Of a stretch of 29,984 nucleotides of DNA, positions 1-8,861 are shown in pieces. Source of the stretch: an uncultured Gemmatimonadota bacterium (GTDB lineage Bacteria > Blakebacterota > Blakebacteria > Blakebacterales > Blakebacteraceae); contig CAZNUA010000043.1 of the NCBI GenBank assembly GCA_964576115.1, forward strand, positions 1 to 29,984. Reading direction: 5' to 3'. The notes under the pieces were generated by a model. It searched no databases. It was not told the origin of the DNA and saw nothing but the letters and a program-made list of their open reading frames with translations. The translations under genes were made by a program, and so were the position numbers. Each line of letters begins with the position of its first letter. Position 1 is the first letter of the stretch.

Positions 1-149
1 ACACGGGCGAGACAATCGGGACCGTCTTCCGCATCCTCCCGGCAGTGGACGGCCTGACGTATCCGGATTAGACGTCACTCGAGATACCCGGTGAAGACAA
101 GGTTCGAGCCGACGCCCGCTTCAGCCGGAGCAATTTTTGCGACACCCCT

Positions 150-1928
<1,779 letters not shown>

Positions 1929-2017
1929 GATCCTACCCCCTGCAGGAGACAGATGATTTCAGACCGGTCCGGGAAGCGTACACCCGTACGGAATCTGTCG
2001 CTATCGGTGACTGCCGT

Positions 2018-2440
2018 TCACCGCAGCCGCTTGATGATATGCCAGCCGAAGGGGCTGGTTTCGGGATCGTAGCTGCCCATGCCGATTTCATCGACCTTCA
2101 GACCGAACCCGACATCGCCGAAGACCTGCACCATACCCGAGCGGGCATATTCGTCCCGGCCCGGCTGCACCTCGAGGTTGGCCATGGCGTAGATGCCCGG
2201 GAACCGGTCGTCGGTGTACTCCTGTACCAGGGCGGCGAAGTCCGAACCGCCCAGCGCCATCTCGTACACCGCCTGCGCCAGCGATTCGGCCTCGGCTCTG
2301 GTCCGGGTCACACTCGGTTTGTCGATGGCACCCTGGAAAGAGATGAGAATGTGCTGGACCTCGATATGTCTGGGTTCCCGGCTGCATCCGGCGAGGATCA
2401 GCAGGGCGGCCCCGATCATGACTGCCTGCCCCGTTTTCAT
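2018..2440 (-). CDS. PpiC/parvulin-type peptidyl-prolyl cis-trans isomerase, lipoprotein
   Basis: The ORF-track start is TTG. An internal ATG (MKTGQAVMIGAALLILAGCS) gives a signal peptide plus LAGC lipobox. Parvulin rotamase motifs are present (VQHILISF, GSDFAALVQEYTDD, SPFGWHIIKRL). The start coordinate is approximate (about 2440). Confidence 0.75.
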   Translation of the reverse strand: MKTGQAVMIGAALLILAGCSREPRHIEVQHILISFQGAIDKPSVTRTRAEAESLAQAVYEMALGGSDFAALVQEYTDDRFPGIYAMANLEVQPGRDEYARSGMVQVFGDVGFGLKVDEIGMGSYDPETSPFGWHIIKRLR

Positions 2441-2502
2441 GTTGCCGTCCTGGTGGAAGGTAAAGGCCGACGGAAGCGTCCGTAGAGAGATAACAGACGG
2501 AG

Positions 2503-2537
2503 AGGCGGGGAGCAACCCGATGCCTGTTCCCGCCTCT
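2503..2537 (-). terminator. Candidate intrinsic terminator after the LuxR-type gene (GC hairpin GAGGCGGG-loop-CCCGCCTC followed on the minus strand by a U-rich TCCGTCTGTTATCTCTCT)
   Basis: 8-bp perfect inverted repeat with a ~19-nt loop, about 75 nt downstream of the stop at 2611. A pyrimidine/U-rich tract follows on the minus strand. The loop is long, so this is only a candidate. Confidence 0.35.
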
Positions 2538-2610
2538 GCCGGGCCGGCCGGATCGGGGGTCGAGGCCAGCCGCTCTCCCGATCAGCGCAGCAGGAGGAAA
2601 ACGGGCGATT

Positions 2611-3591
2611 TCAGCCGCCGTTGAACGACTTCTGCTCTTCGAGAAGGAGATTCACGAACTGGCCCCGGCTGTTCACACCGACCTTTCGGTAGAGACGATA
2701 GATATGGTTCTTCACGGTATGGATCGAGATGAAGAGCAGATCCTCGATTTCCTTGTTGCTCTTGCCCTGTACGATCAGCTCGGCGATCTCGCGCTCGCGC
2801 TGCGAGAGGTCATAGCGGGCACAAAACGCATCGAGCAGAGCCGGATCGTCGATCGAGACACCGTTGTTGTTGCCGGTTCCCGGCATGGACGGCAGGTGCC
2901 GGCGCAGCCAGAAGAAAGCCCCGAGGTTGAGAGCGGGCAGCAGCAGGAGAGAGCTCCAGATACGGATATGTTCGGGGATGAGACCGACCAGAAAAAGAGC
3001 CAGGAAGAGCCCGCCATAGATCTGCCCGAAGGCCCGGTTGCGCCGGTTCTCCGGGCTCTCATCGGCGCCGGGCCGGCTGCGCCGCACAAGGATCGCCAGA
3101 GGGGTGATGAAGCCGACGAAGAGAACGAGCGAGAGCAGGGAGAGTATGACGTGGATCAGATCGGCGGGCAGGCGGTGGGTTGACATGAGGTACCCCGCCA
3201 CGACCAGCGCCAGGGCGAACAGCGCGACCGCCGCGCCGGCGATCAGGTCCAGACGGGGAGCGGGGCGGATGCCGAGCAGACGCAGGACGCAGCGGAAGAG
3301 GGTCCAGGCCATGCCGACCAGGGCGATCTGGGTCACCGCCGAGAGGATCAGGCAGAGGGCCGTCGGCTCCTCCGCCATCAGACCGCCGAAGATATTGGCA
3401 GCGGTATAGATGTTGGTGAAACCGGCCAGGGTGTGAAGATTATAGACGATCAGGTATGATATCAGGGGCCGCAGCAGCTCGGGATCGCGGCCCTCGCGTG
3501 CCCGCAGGGCGGTCAGAAGCGTGACCGCCCCGCAGAGCAACGCCAGGACGGTCGCGAAAACATAGATATGCGCCGTGGTCGCTTCGTTCAC
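2611..3591 (-). CDS. Polytopic membrane protein with C-terminal LuxR/FixJ-type HTH DNA-binding domain (membrane-tethered one-component regulator)
   Basis: 326 aa. About 7 to 8 hydrophobic helices in the first ~230 residues, then a canonical LuxR HTH (LSQREREIAELIVQGKSNKEIEDLLFISIHTVKNHIYRLYRKVGVNSRGQ). The start codon is GTG, with a GGGGTGA SD about 7 nt upstream. Confidence 0.75.
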   Translation of the reverse strand: MNEATTAHIYVFATVLALLCGAVTLLTALRAREGRDPELLRPLISYLIVYNLHTLAGFTNIYTAANIFGGLMAEEPTALCLILSAVTQIALVGMAWTLFRCVLRLLGIRPAPRLDLIAGAAVALFALALVVAGYLMSTHRLPADLIHVILSLLSLVLFVGFITPLAILVRRSRPGADESPENRRNRAFGQIYGGLFLALFLVGLIPEHIRIWSSLLLLPALNLGAFFWLRRHLPSMPGTGNNNGVSIDDPALLDAFCARYDLSQREREIAELIVQGKSNKEIEDLLFISIHTVKNHIYRLYRKVGVNSRGQFVNLLLEEQKSFNGG

Positions 3592-3642
3592 CGGATCTCA
3601 CCCCGTTTCAGAATAGTACGGAGCGAGGTGAACGGTTGTTCG

Positions 3643-3658
3643 CCCCGGGATGCCGGGG
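3643..3658. other. GC hairpin CCCCGG-GATG-CCGGGG in the 90-nt gap between the aminotransferase and LuxR-type genes
   Basis: Perfect 6-bp inverted repeat with a 4-nt loop and no adjacent U-run. Possible attenuator or RNA-processing structure, or a chance GC palindrome. Confidence 0.3.
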
Positions 3659-3681
3659 AATCTTCAACCTTCAGGATGTGC

Positions 3682-5001
3682 TCAATCGGACAGAACCGTC
3701 CGGACCGCCGTCACGGTGCGGGCCACGTCCTCCTCGGTATGGGCCAGCGAGGCAACCGAGTGCAGGGCCGCCGAGGGACTCATGTAGATTCCATGGGCGA
3801 ACAGATCGAGCGCCAGCCGCTGGTAGCGGGGACGATCGACGAAGGTGCAGTACTCGCGGAAGTCGGTGATCTCGGGCCGCCCGGTGAAGAGAATCTGCAG
3901 CATCGGCCCCACTCCCTGGGCGATCGCCGGAGTGCCTGTCTCGGCAAAGACGCCATTGAGTCCCTCGCGCAACGCCTCGCCGATTAACCAGGTATGCCGG
4001 TAGACCGCTCCGTCGTCGGCCAACAGAGTGCTCAGATTGGCCCGGGCGGCGAACATGCCGGCCCGCGAAGCGTTCTGGGTGCCGTAGTGCAGTACTCCGC
4101 CCCACTCGAGGGCATTCATGATTTCGGCCGGGCCCATGAAGGCGGCCACCGGCAGGCCCGCCCCCAGCCCCTTGCCCATGGTGACGAGGTCGGCGTCGAC
4201 ACCGTAGAGTTCCTGACAGCCTCCCGGTCCGATCCGGCAGCCGGTGACCGTCTCGTCGAGAACGAGCAGGATGTTCTCGGCCCGGGTGAGCTCGCGCACC
4301 TGCTGCAGGTAGCCTTCGCGGGGCGGGATCACACCCATGTTGGCCATGATGCCTTCGGTGATGACGGCTGCAATCTGACCCCGCTCGTTCGCGACCGCCC
4401 GTTCCAGGGCGTCGATGTCGTTCCATGGTACGACGATCGTATCCTCGAGTGCCCGCCGGTTCAGACCCGAAGAATCGGGGATCTTGACCGGATCGTTGCG
4501 GTGCCCCAGGCTGGCGGGGAGCTGGGGATGGGCGGTCACGAGGTAGTCGTCATACCAGCCGTGATAGTGCCCCTCGAACTTGATGAACTTCGGCCGCCCG
4601 GTATACCCGCGCACCAGCCGGACCGCAGCCATGGTGGCTTCGGTCCCTGTATTGGCGAAGCGGACCTTCTCGGCTCCCGGCACGGCCCCGCAGAGCAACT
4701 CGGCCACCTCCACCTCGACTTCGGTGGCGGCGGCGAAGAGGGTTCCAGTCTCGGCCGCCGCCGTGATCGCTTCGACGATGACCGGGTGGGCGTGCCCGAG
4801 AGGCAGGGCCCCGTAGGCCATCATCCAGTCGAGGTAGCGGTTGCCGTCGGCATCGGTGATACAGGCTCCCTCCCCCTTCTCGATGAAAAGCGGATAGGCG
4901 CCGTAGTTGGCCGGGCCGCGCGAGGGTGAGCTGCCGCCCTCGACCATGACCTGCAGGGCCCGGTCAAAGAGGGCGCGCGATCGTTCGGTGGAATGAGACA
5001 T
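3682..5001 (-). CDS. Class III PLP-dependent aminotransferase, glutamate-1-semialdehyde 2,1-aminomutase (HemL)-like family
   Basis: 439 aa. HemL-like motifs: LVLDETVTGCRIGPGG, PLP-lysine context DLVTMGKGLGAGLPVAAFMG, YGTQNASRAGMFAARANL. ATG start with an AAGGA SD 8 nt upstream. Whether it is a true hemL or a paralog with another substrate cannot be decided from sequence alone. Confidence 0.85.
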   Translation of the reverse strand: MSHSTERSRALFDRALQVMVEGGSSPSRGPANYGAYPLFIEKGEGACITDADGNRYLDWMMAYGALPLGHAHPVIVEAITAAAETGTLFAAATEVEVEVAELLCGAVPGAEKVRFANTGTEATMAAVRLVRGYTGRPKFIKFEGHYHGWYDDYLVTAHPQLPASLGHRNDPVKIPDSSGLNRRALEDTIVVPWNDIDALERAVANERGQIAAVITEGIMANMGVIPPREGYLQQVRELTRAENILLVLDETVTGCRIGPGGCQELYGVDADLVTMGKGLGAGLPVAAFMGPAEIMNALEWGGVLHYGTQNASRAGMFAARANLSTLLADDGAVYRHTWLIGEALREGLNGVFAETGTPAIAQGVGPMLQILFTGRPEITDFREYCTFVDRPRYQRLALDLFAHGIYMSPSAALHSVASLAHTEEDVARTVTAVRTVLSD

Positions 5002-5058
5002 GATATTGTCCTTGCTCTCTCGGTGGTGTTTCGCGCGATGCCTGCCCCGGAATGTATC

Positions 5059-6189
5059 TCAGAGGGTCACTCCCAGACCGGCGGCGTATTCCCGGAAGCG
5101 TGCCATCAGCTCACCGGCCCGCGCTTCGGTATCCTCCGGCCTGAGCCTGCGACAGTCATAGCCGAGTTCTTCGCGCATGATTCCGGCCGTCGAGTCGGTG
5201 AAGACCGCCGTACCGTCCGCTTCTATGCGTTCGATCCCGTCGAAGCGGTGCGAGTCCTCGTTCATCCGTACGGCCTCTTCATGGGGCAGGTCCGGGATCG
5301 GATGAAGTTCGATCCTGCCCCGGCCGATGCTGACCGGATATCCGCCGGCCAGACCGCCGGGGGCCGGCAGGTGGGTCAGGGTTCCCGGTCCGGCGAAGAG
5401 GGCCCGTATCAGGCCCAGGAACGAGCCGGCCGTAAAGGTGTTCCAGGCCGGTCCCCCCGGCAGGGCGCAGGGGGAAAAGAGGAGTTCGTCCACTGCGACC
5501 TCACGGGTCACATCCCGACCGTCGTGTTCGACGCGCAGATAGTACGGCGGCACATCTCCCTCGAACCGGCTGCCCGTGAACACGGCTTTCTGCAGGGCGT
5601 GGTGGGCGACCATGAGTACCCGCACCTCTTCGAGAGGCGAGCCGAGTTCACGGGCCGCGAGCCAGCGCACCTTGGTGACGTTCTCGTCGATATTCCCGAT
5701 CCCGGCCGCTGGAGCCAGCCCGATCCGTCCCAGCATGCAGTTGACAACATCGGGAAAGGGCGCCGTCAGGCATAGTCCCTGCCAGTCGGCTTCGGCCAGA
5801 GCCTGCATGAGGTGGAAAGTCAGGGTGAAATTGATCGGCAGCCAGGCTCCGAAACGGGCCCGGGCCAGGCGCTCGCGGTTCTCAACGGGGAGCAGATCGA
5901 GCAGCCACCAGGTCTGCAGCGAGGCGGTCGAGAGAATCAGATCGGGATCGATACGTTCGATGAGTTCGACGACAGCCGCGTGATCGCGCAGATCGAGCGG
6001 TTCGAAGGCCAGGTCGGGGTCGGCACCGCGGGCCAGGGCGGCCAGCCGGGCCAGCCGGCAGCGGTCTTCGGCCCCTGAAGAGGCCAGGTCGCAGGCGACG
6101 ATACGACCGGGGAGCGGATCGGCGGCCAGCAGATCGAGGATCGCTCCCCCGAGGTGACCCACCCCAATCAGAAGAATGGTCGGTTTCAT
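5059..6189 (-). CDS. Saccharopine-dehydrogenase-like NAD(P)-binding oxidoreductase
   Basis: 376 aa. N-terminal Rossmann motif ILLIGVGHLGGAILDLL, followed by the architecture of the Sacchrp_dh_NADP family. No obvious SD. A TATGAT sits about 8 nt upstream of the ATG, so the gene may be leaderless or poorly coupled. Confidence 0.75.
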   Translation of the reverse strand: MKPTILLIGVGHLGGAILDLLAADPLPGRIVACDLASSGAEDRCRLARLAALARGADPDLAFEPLDLRDHAAVVELIERIDPDLILSTASLQTWWLLDLLPVENRERLARARFGAWLPINFTLTFHLMQALAEADWQGLCLTAPFPDVVNCMLGRIGLAPAAGIGNIDENVTKVRWLAARELGSPLEEVRVLMVAHHALQKAVFTGSRFEGDVPPYYLRVEHDGRDVTREVAVDELLFSPCALPGGPAWNTFTAGSFLGLIRALFAGPGTLTHLPAPGGLAGGYPVSIGRGRIELHPIPDLPHEEAVRMNEDSHRFDGIERIEADGTAVFTDSTAGIMREELGYDCRRLRPEDTEARAGELMARFREYAAGLGVTL

Positions 6190-6247
6190 GATCAGTCATC
6201 ATATCGGCCCGGACCGGTCTCATCCAGGTGCTGTTCGTCGTCGGGGT

Positions 6248-6823
6248 TCAGGCGCAGACAGGCGGATCGTGTTCCCGGGCGAGGAGAAGGTCGCGCAGAG
6301 CGGCCCGGGCGTTGTGCAGGCGGCTGGCCACCGTGCCGGCGGGGATGTTCAGTACGGCCGCGATTTCGCTGTAATCGAGTTCCTCGATATCCTTCAGGAT
6401 CAGGATCTCGCGATGAAGGGCCCCGAGGCGGTTCAGGGCCTGCCAGAGATGTTCGCGGATTTCGGCCTCGATCAGGGCCCGGTCGGGCGCCGGGCCGGGA
6501 TCGGGCAGAACGGTCAGCGGGGCTGAGGTCCAGGTGCGTTCCCCTTCGCGTCCATTGCGGGAGCGGAGCCGGTCGAGGTAAAGGTTGCGGGCGATCATGA
6601 AGAGCCAGGGGACAAGCGGCCGGTCGGAACAGTAGAGGTGCAGGCGGCGGTAGGCCCGAATAAAAGTGTCCTGGGTCAGATCGCGGGCTTCGTCGGCATC
6701 ACCAGTGAGCCGGTAGAAGTACCCGTACAGACGCCCTTCGTAGGCACGCACGATCGGTTCATAAGCCGCGCCCTCCCCCGCCCGGCACCGTTCGAGCAGG
6801 CTCCGCTCCTCATCCCGGCTCAT
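6248..6823 (-). CDS. ECF-type RNA polymerase sigma-70 family factor (sigma-24 subfamily)
   Basis: 191 aa with region 2 (YEGRLYGYFYRLTGDADEARDLTQDTFIRAYRRLHLY) and region 4 (LDYSEIAAVLNIPAGTVASRLHNARAALRDLL). Its ATG overlaps the stop of the upstream SPFH gene by 1 nt (TGATG). Confidence 0.85.
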   Translation of the reverse strand: MSRDEERSLLERCRAGEGAAYEPIVRAYEGRLYGYFYRLTGDADEARDLTQDTFIRAYRRLHLYCSDRPLVPWLFMIARNLYLDRLRSRNGREGERTWTSAPLTVLPDPGPAPDRALIEAEIREHLWQALNRLGALHREILILKDIEELDYSEIAAVLNIPAGTVASRLHNARAALRDLLLAREHDPPVCA

Positions 6824-8001
6824 CAGTCGTCGCCTTCCTCCCCCTTCGAGCCGGCGGCAGTGCCGGGAGACGTCGTTTCTTCCGGTTTGCCCGGCCCGGT
6901 CGGGCCGGCGGCACCGGTCTTGCCGGGGATTTCCTTGTCGAATGCGGTCAGGCCGCCGAGTGCCCCCAGTCCCATGGTCTCCACCGCGGTGGAGGGCACG
7001 ATGATCATCGAGCCTTTCTGACGCAGCCCCTCATAGACCATGTTCATGGCCCGCAGGTGCAGGGCCACCGGGTTGTCCTGGTAGTTCTCCGAGGCCTTGG
7101 CGAACTTCTCGGCGATTTCGGTTTCGGCCGTGCCGAGAATGATACGGCTCTGGCGCTCCCGCTCGGCCTGGGCCTGGCGCGACATGGCGTCCTCGAGCCC
7201 CTGGGGAATGATGATGTCGCGGATCTCGACCGCCTGGGTGGTGATCCCCCAGGCGCTGGTTTTTTCATCGAGCACCTGCTGGATCTCCTCGCCCAACCGG
7301 TCGCGCTCGGAGAGCAGGACCGCCAGATCGTACCGGCCGATGGCGTTCCGCAGGGCGGTCTGGGCCGAGAGAATGACCGCCTGTTCGAAGCGTTCGACCT
7401 CGAGGACCGCTTTCTCGGCATCCCAGACCATCCAGAAGGCGATCGCATCCACGCTCACCGGAACGGTGTCACCGGTCAGGGTGGTTTCGGCGCTGAAATC
7501 GCTGACCCGGATCCGCTGATCGACGAACTCGGCGACTTTATCGATGACCGGGATCAGGATGAACAGGCCCGGCTTGCGCAGGCCCGTGAAGCGCCCGAAA
7601 CGCAGCAGGACCGCTTTCTCCCACTGGTAGGCGATCTGGATCGCAGGGGTCACAAGCAGGGCCAGGGCCAGGGTGATGAGAAGGACATCGCTCTCGGGGC
7701 GCAGGATCAGATAGATCGCCAGCCCGTCGAGGGTACCCATGACCGTAATCGTCTCCCATACCTGGAATAGACGCAGCAGCCCCACGAAAGCGACCGCGGA
7801 CCCGAGGGTGATCGCTACGGCCTCTTCCGAGAAGGAGTAGCGGCCCAGATGAACGACCAGGCCGATGATGAAGATGCCGATCATCAGCAGGGCGTTGTGC
7901 GGGGCGAAACGGAAATCGGCCCGGAGCGATTTGGCGAAGGTATCGGGGGACAGCCAGTTCAGGCTGCTCGTTCCCGACCCGGAAGATTTGTTCTGAGTCA
8001 T
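6823..8001 (-). CDS. SPFH/band-7 (stomatin/prohibitin-like) membrane protein with extended multi-helix N-terminal membrane region and acidic Gly/Pro/Thr-rich C-terminal tail
   Basis: 392 aa. About 3 hydrophobic helices in residues 35 to 125, then the band-7 core (QWEKAVLLRFGRFTGLRKPGLFILIPVIDKV ... AVEIRDIIIP ... coiled-coil ERERQSRIILGTAETEIAEKFAKASE). ATGA overlap with the upstream GntR gene and TGATG overlap with the downstream sigma gene. Confidence 0.85.
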   Translation of the reverse strand: MTQNKSSGSGTSSLNWLSPDTFAKSLRADFRFAPHNALLMIGIFIIGLVVHLGRYSFSEEAVAITLGSAVAFVGLLRLFQVWETITVMGTLDGLAIYLILRPESDVLLITLALALLVTPAIQIAYQWEKAVLLRFGRFTGLRKPGLFILIPVIDKVAEFVDQRIRVSDFSAETTLTGDTVPVSVDAIAFWMVWDAEKAVLEVERFEQAVILSAQTALRNAIGRYDLAVLLSERDRLGEEIQQVLDEKTSAWGITTQAVEIRDIIIPQGLEDAMSRQAQAERERQSRIILGTAETEIAEKFAKASENYQDNPVALHLRAMNMVYEGLRQKGSMIIVPSTAVETMGLGALGGLTAFDKEIPGKTGAAGPTGPGKPEETTSPGTAAGSKGEEGDD

Positions 8002-8375
8002 GTCGATGTCTCCTGGCGATGGCGTAAGGCTTCGACCAGATCATCGGGAGTGAATCCGTAGGCGGCGGCGCGGATCATCAGTTCGGTCGTGATCTGGTCG
8101 ATCATCCGCCGGCGTTCGCCCTCATCGATCTCGACTTCCTTCGAGCTGATGAAAGTACCCGAGCCCTGCTGGGAGTCGAGCAGCCCTTCGATCTCGAGTT
8201 CCCGGTAGGCACGAACGACGGTGTTGGGATTGATGGAGAGATCTACAGCCAGCTGGCGGACGGTGGGGAGTTGCACGCCCGGCTTGAGTTCACCCCGGGC
8301 GACGGCGTACCTGATCTGTTCGATGATCTGACGGTAGATCGGTACTCCGCTCAAGGTGTCGATGAAGAATGTCAC
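7998..8375 (-). CDS. GntR-family transcriptional regulator, short YtrA-like subfamily
   Basis: 125 aa. N-terminal winged HTH (IYRQIIEQIRYAVARGELKPGVQLPTVRQLAVDLSINPNTVVRAYRELEIEGLL) and a short C-terminal helical tail typical of YtrA. GTG start with an AAGGGGAG SD. Confidence 0.8.
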   Translation of the reverse strand: MTFFIDTLSGVPIYRQIIEQIRYAVARGELKPGVQLPTVRQLAVDLSINPNTVVRAYRELEIEGLLDSQQGSGTFISSKEVEIDEGERRRMIDQITTELMIRAAAYGFTPDDLVEALRHRQETST

Positions 8376-8430
8376 CTGTTCCCGCTCCCCTTTTCCCCGT
8401 CTGCCGGTGGCTGGAGACGGTCTGACTTAA

Positions 8431-8450
8431 TGTACTAGTATATTAGTACA
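8431..8450. promoter_or_regulatory. AT-rich palindromic operator candidate TGTACTA-N6-TAGTACA immediately upstream of the GntR-SPFH-sigma operon
   Basis: Perfect 7-bp inverted arms with a 6-bp AT spacer. It sits in a ~45-nt AT-rich island (ttaatgtactagtatattagtacaatagttcaat) about 55 to 75 nt upstream of the GntR GTG. A TTGAAC -35-like hexamer lies on the minus strand beside it. Typical layout for GntR autoregulation. Confidence 0.5.
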
Positions 8451-8553
8451 ATAGTTCAATACGGCTGTCAAGGGAGGGAAGGTTCGTTTTTTCCCAGAGA
8501 TATTTTTCGCGCTCGCTTCACCGACGAAGACATCGCACCCGAACGAAGGCATG

Positions 8554-8593
8554 CGGGTACAACAGGTAAGGCGTACGGGTGCAACAGGTATGG
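8554..8593. repeat. Tandem direct repeat, 2 x 18 bp (CGGGTACAACAGGTAAGG / CGGGTGCAACAGGTATGG), 22-bp period
   Basis: 16/18 identical units two helical turns apart, in a 486-nt gene-less gap. About 180 nt upstream of the GntR operon and about 270 nt upstream of the plus-strand hydrolase gene. Coordinates are approximate. Confidence 0.4.
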
Positions 8594-8633
8594 ACTATCC
8601 GCCCGGGATAGGTGGAGCGGAGAAACGGCCCGC

Positions 8634-8756
8634 TCTATTCTTCCCGCAGAACGTTCATGATCGTCATCCGTGCCAGCCGCCGCGAAGGCAGCACCGACGC
8701 CAGCGTAGCGACCGCCAGCATGATGCCCAGGGCAACCAGATAGGCCCGGATCAGAC
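8634..8756 (-). pseudogene. Relic 3'-terminal fragment of a MacB/FtsX-family permease gene (about 40 codons, no start)
   Basis: The minus-strand frame reads LRLIRAYLVALGIMLAVATLASVLPSRRLARMTIMNVLREE*. The tail LASVLPSRRLARMTIMNVLREE matches the conserved C-termini of the two intact permeases in this window (…ASLFPALLAARIAPAETLRSE and …ANAVPALRAARVDPVITLRDE). An in-frame stop lies immediately upstream and there is no initiation codon. Confidence 0.5.
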
Positions 8757-8861
8757 GCAACTACCGCTCCCGTGACGTCGTTCAAAACACAAGGACGCGG
8801 ATAGGCTCATTCCCGGGTAAACCCGCCGGCCCGGGTACCGAACCGAAAGGGGATCCGGACC

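Noticed and set aside
1-71. Possible 3' end of a plus-strand CDS (…TGETIGTVFRILPAVDGLTYPD*) at the window start
   Set aside because: Only 23 codons visible, with no recognisable motif. It cannot be supported.
3671-4929. 251-aa and 311-aa ORFs overlapping the class III aminotransferase
   Set aside because: Alternative-frame or antisense shadows of a gene with clear PLP-enzyme motifs.
5059-6189. Calling the saccharopine-DH-like gene carboxynorspermidine dehydrogenase, or the aminotransferase hemL
   Set aside because: Family membership is clear. The specific function is not determinable without phylogeny, so gene symbols were withheld.
8468-8785. 105-aa minus ORF and 74-aa plus ORF in the 8376..8861 gap
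   Set aside because: Low-complexity translations with no SD. The real signal in this region is the permease C-terminal relic in a different frame.
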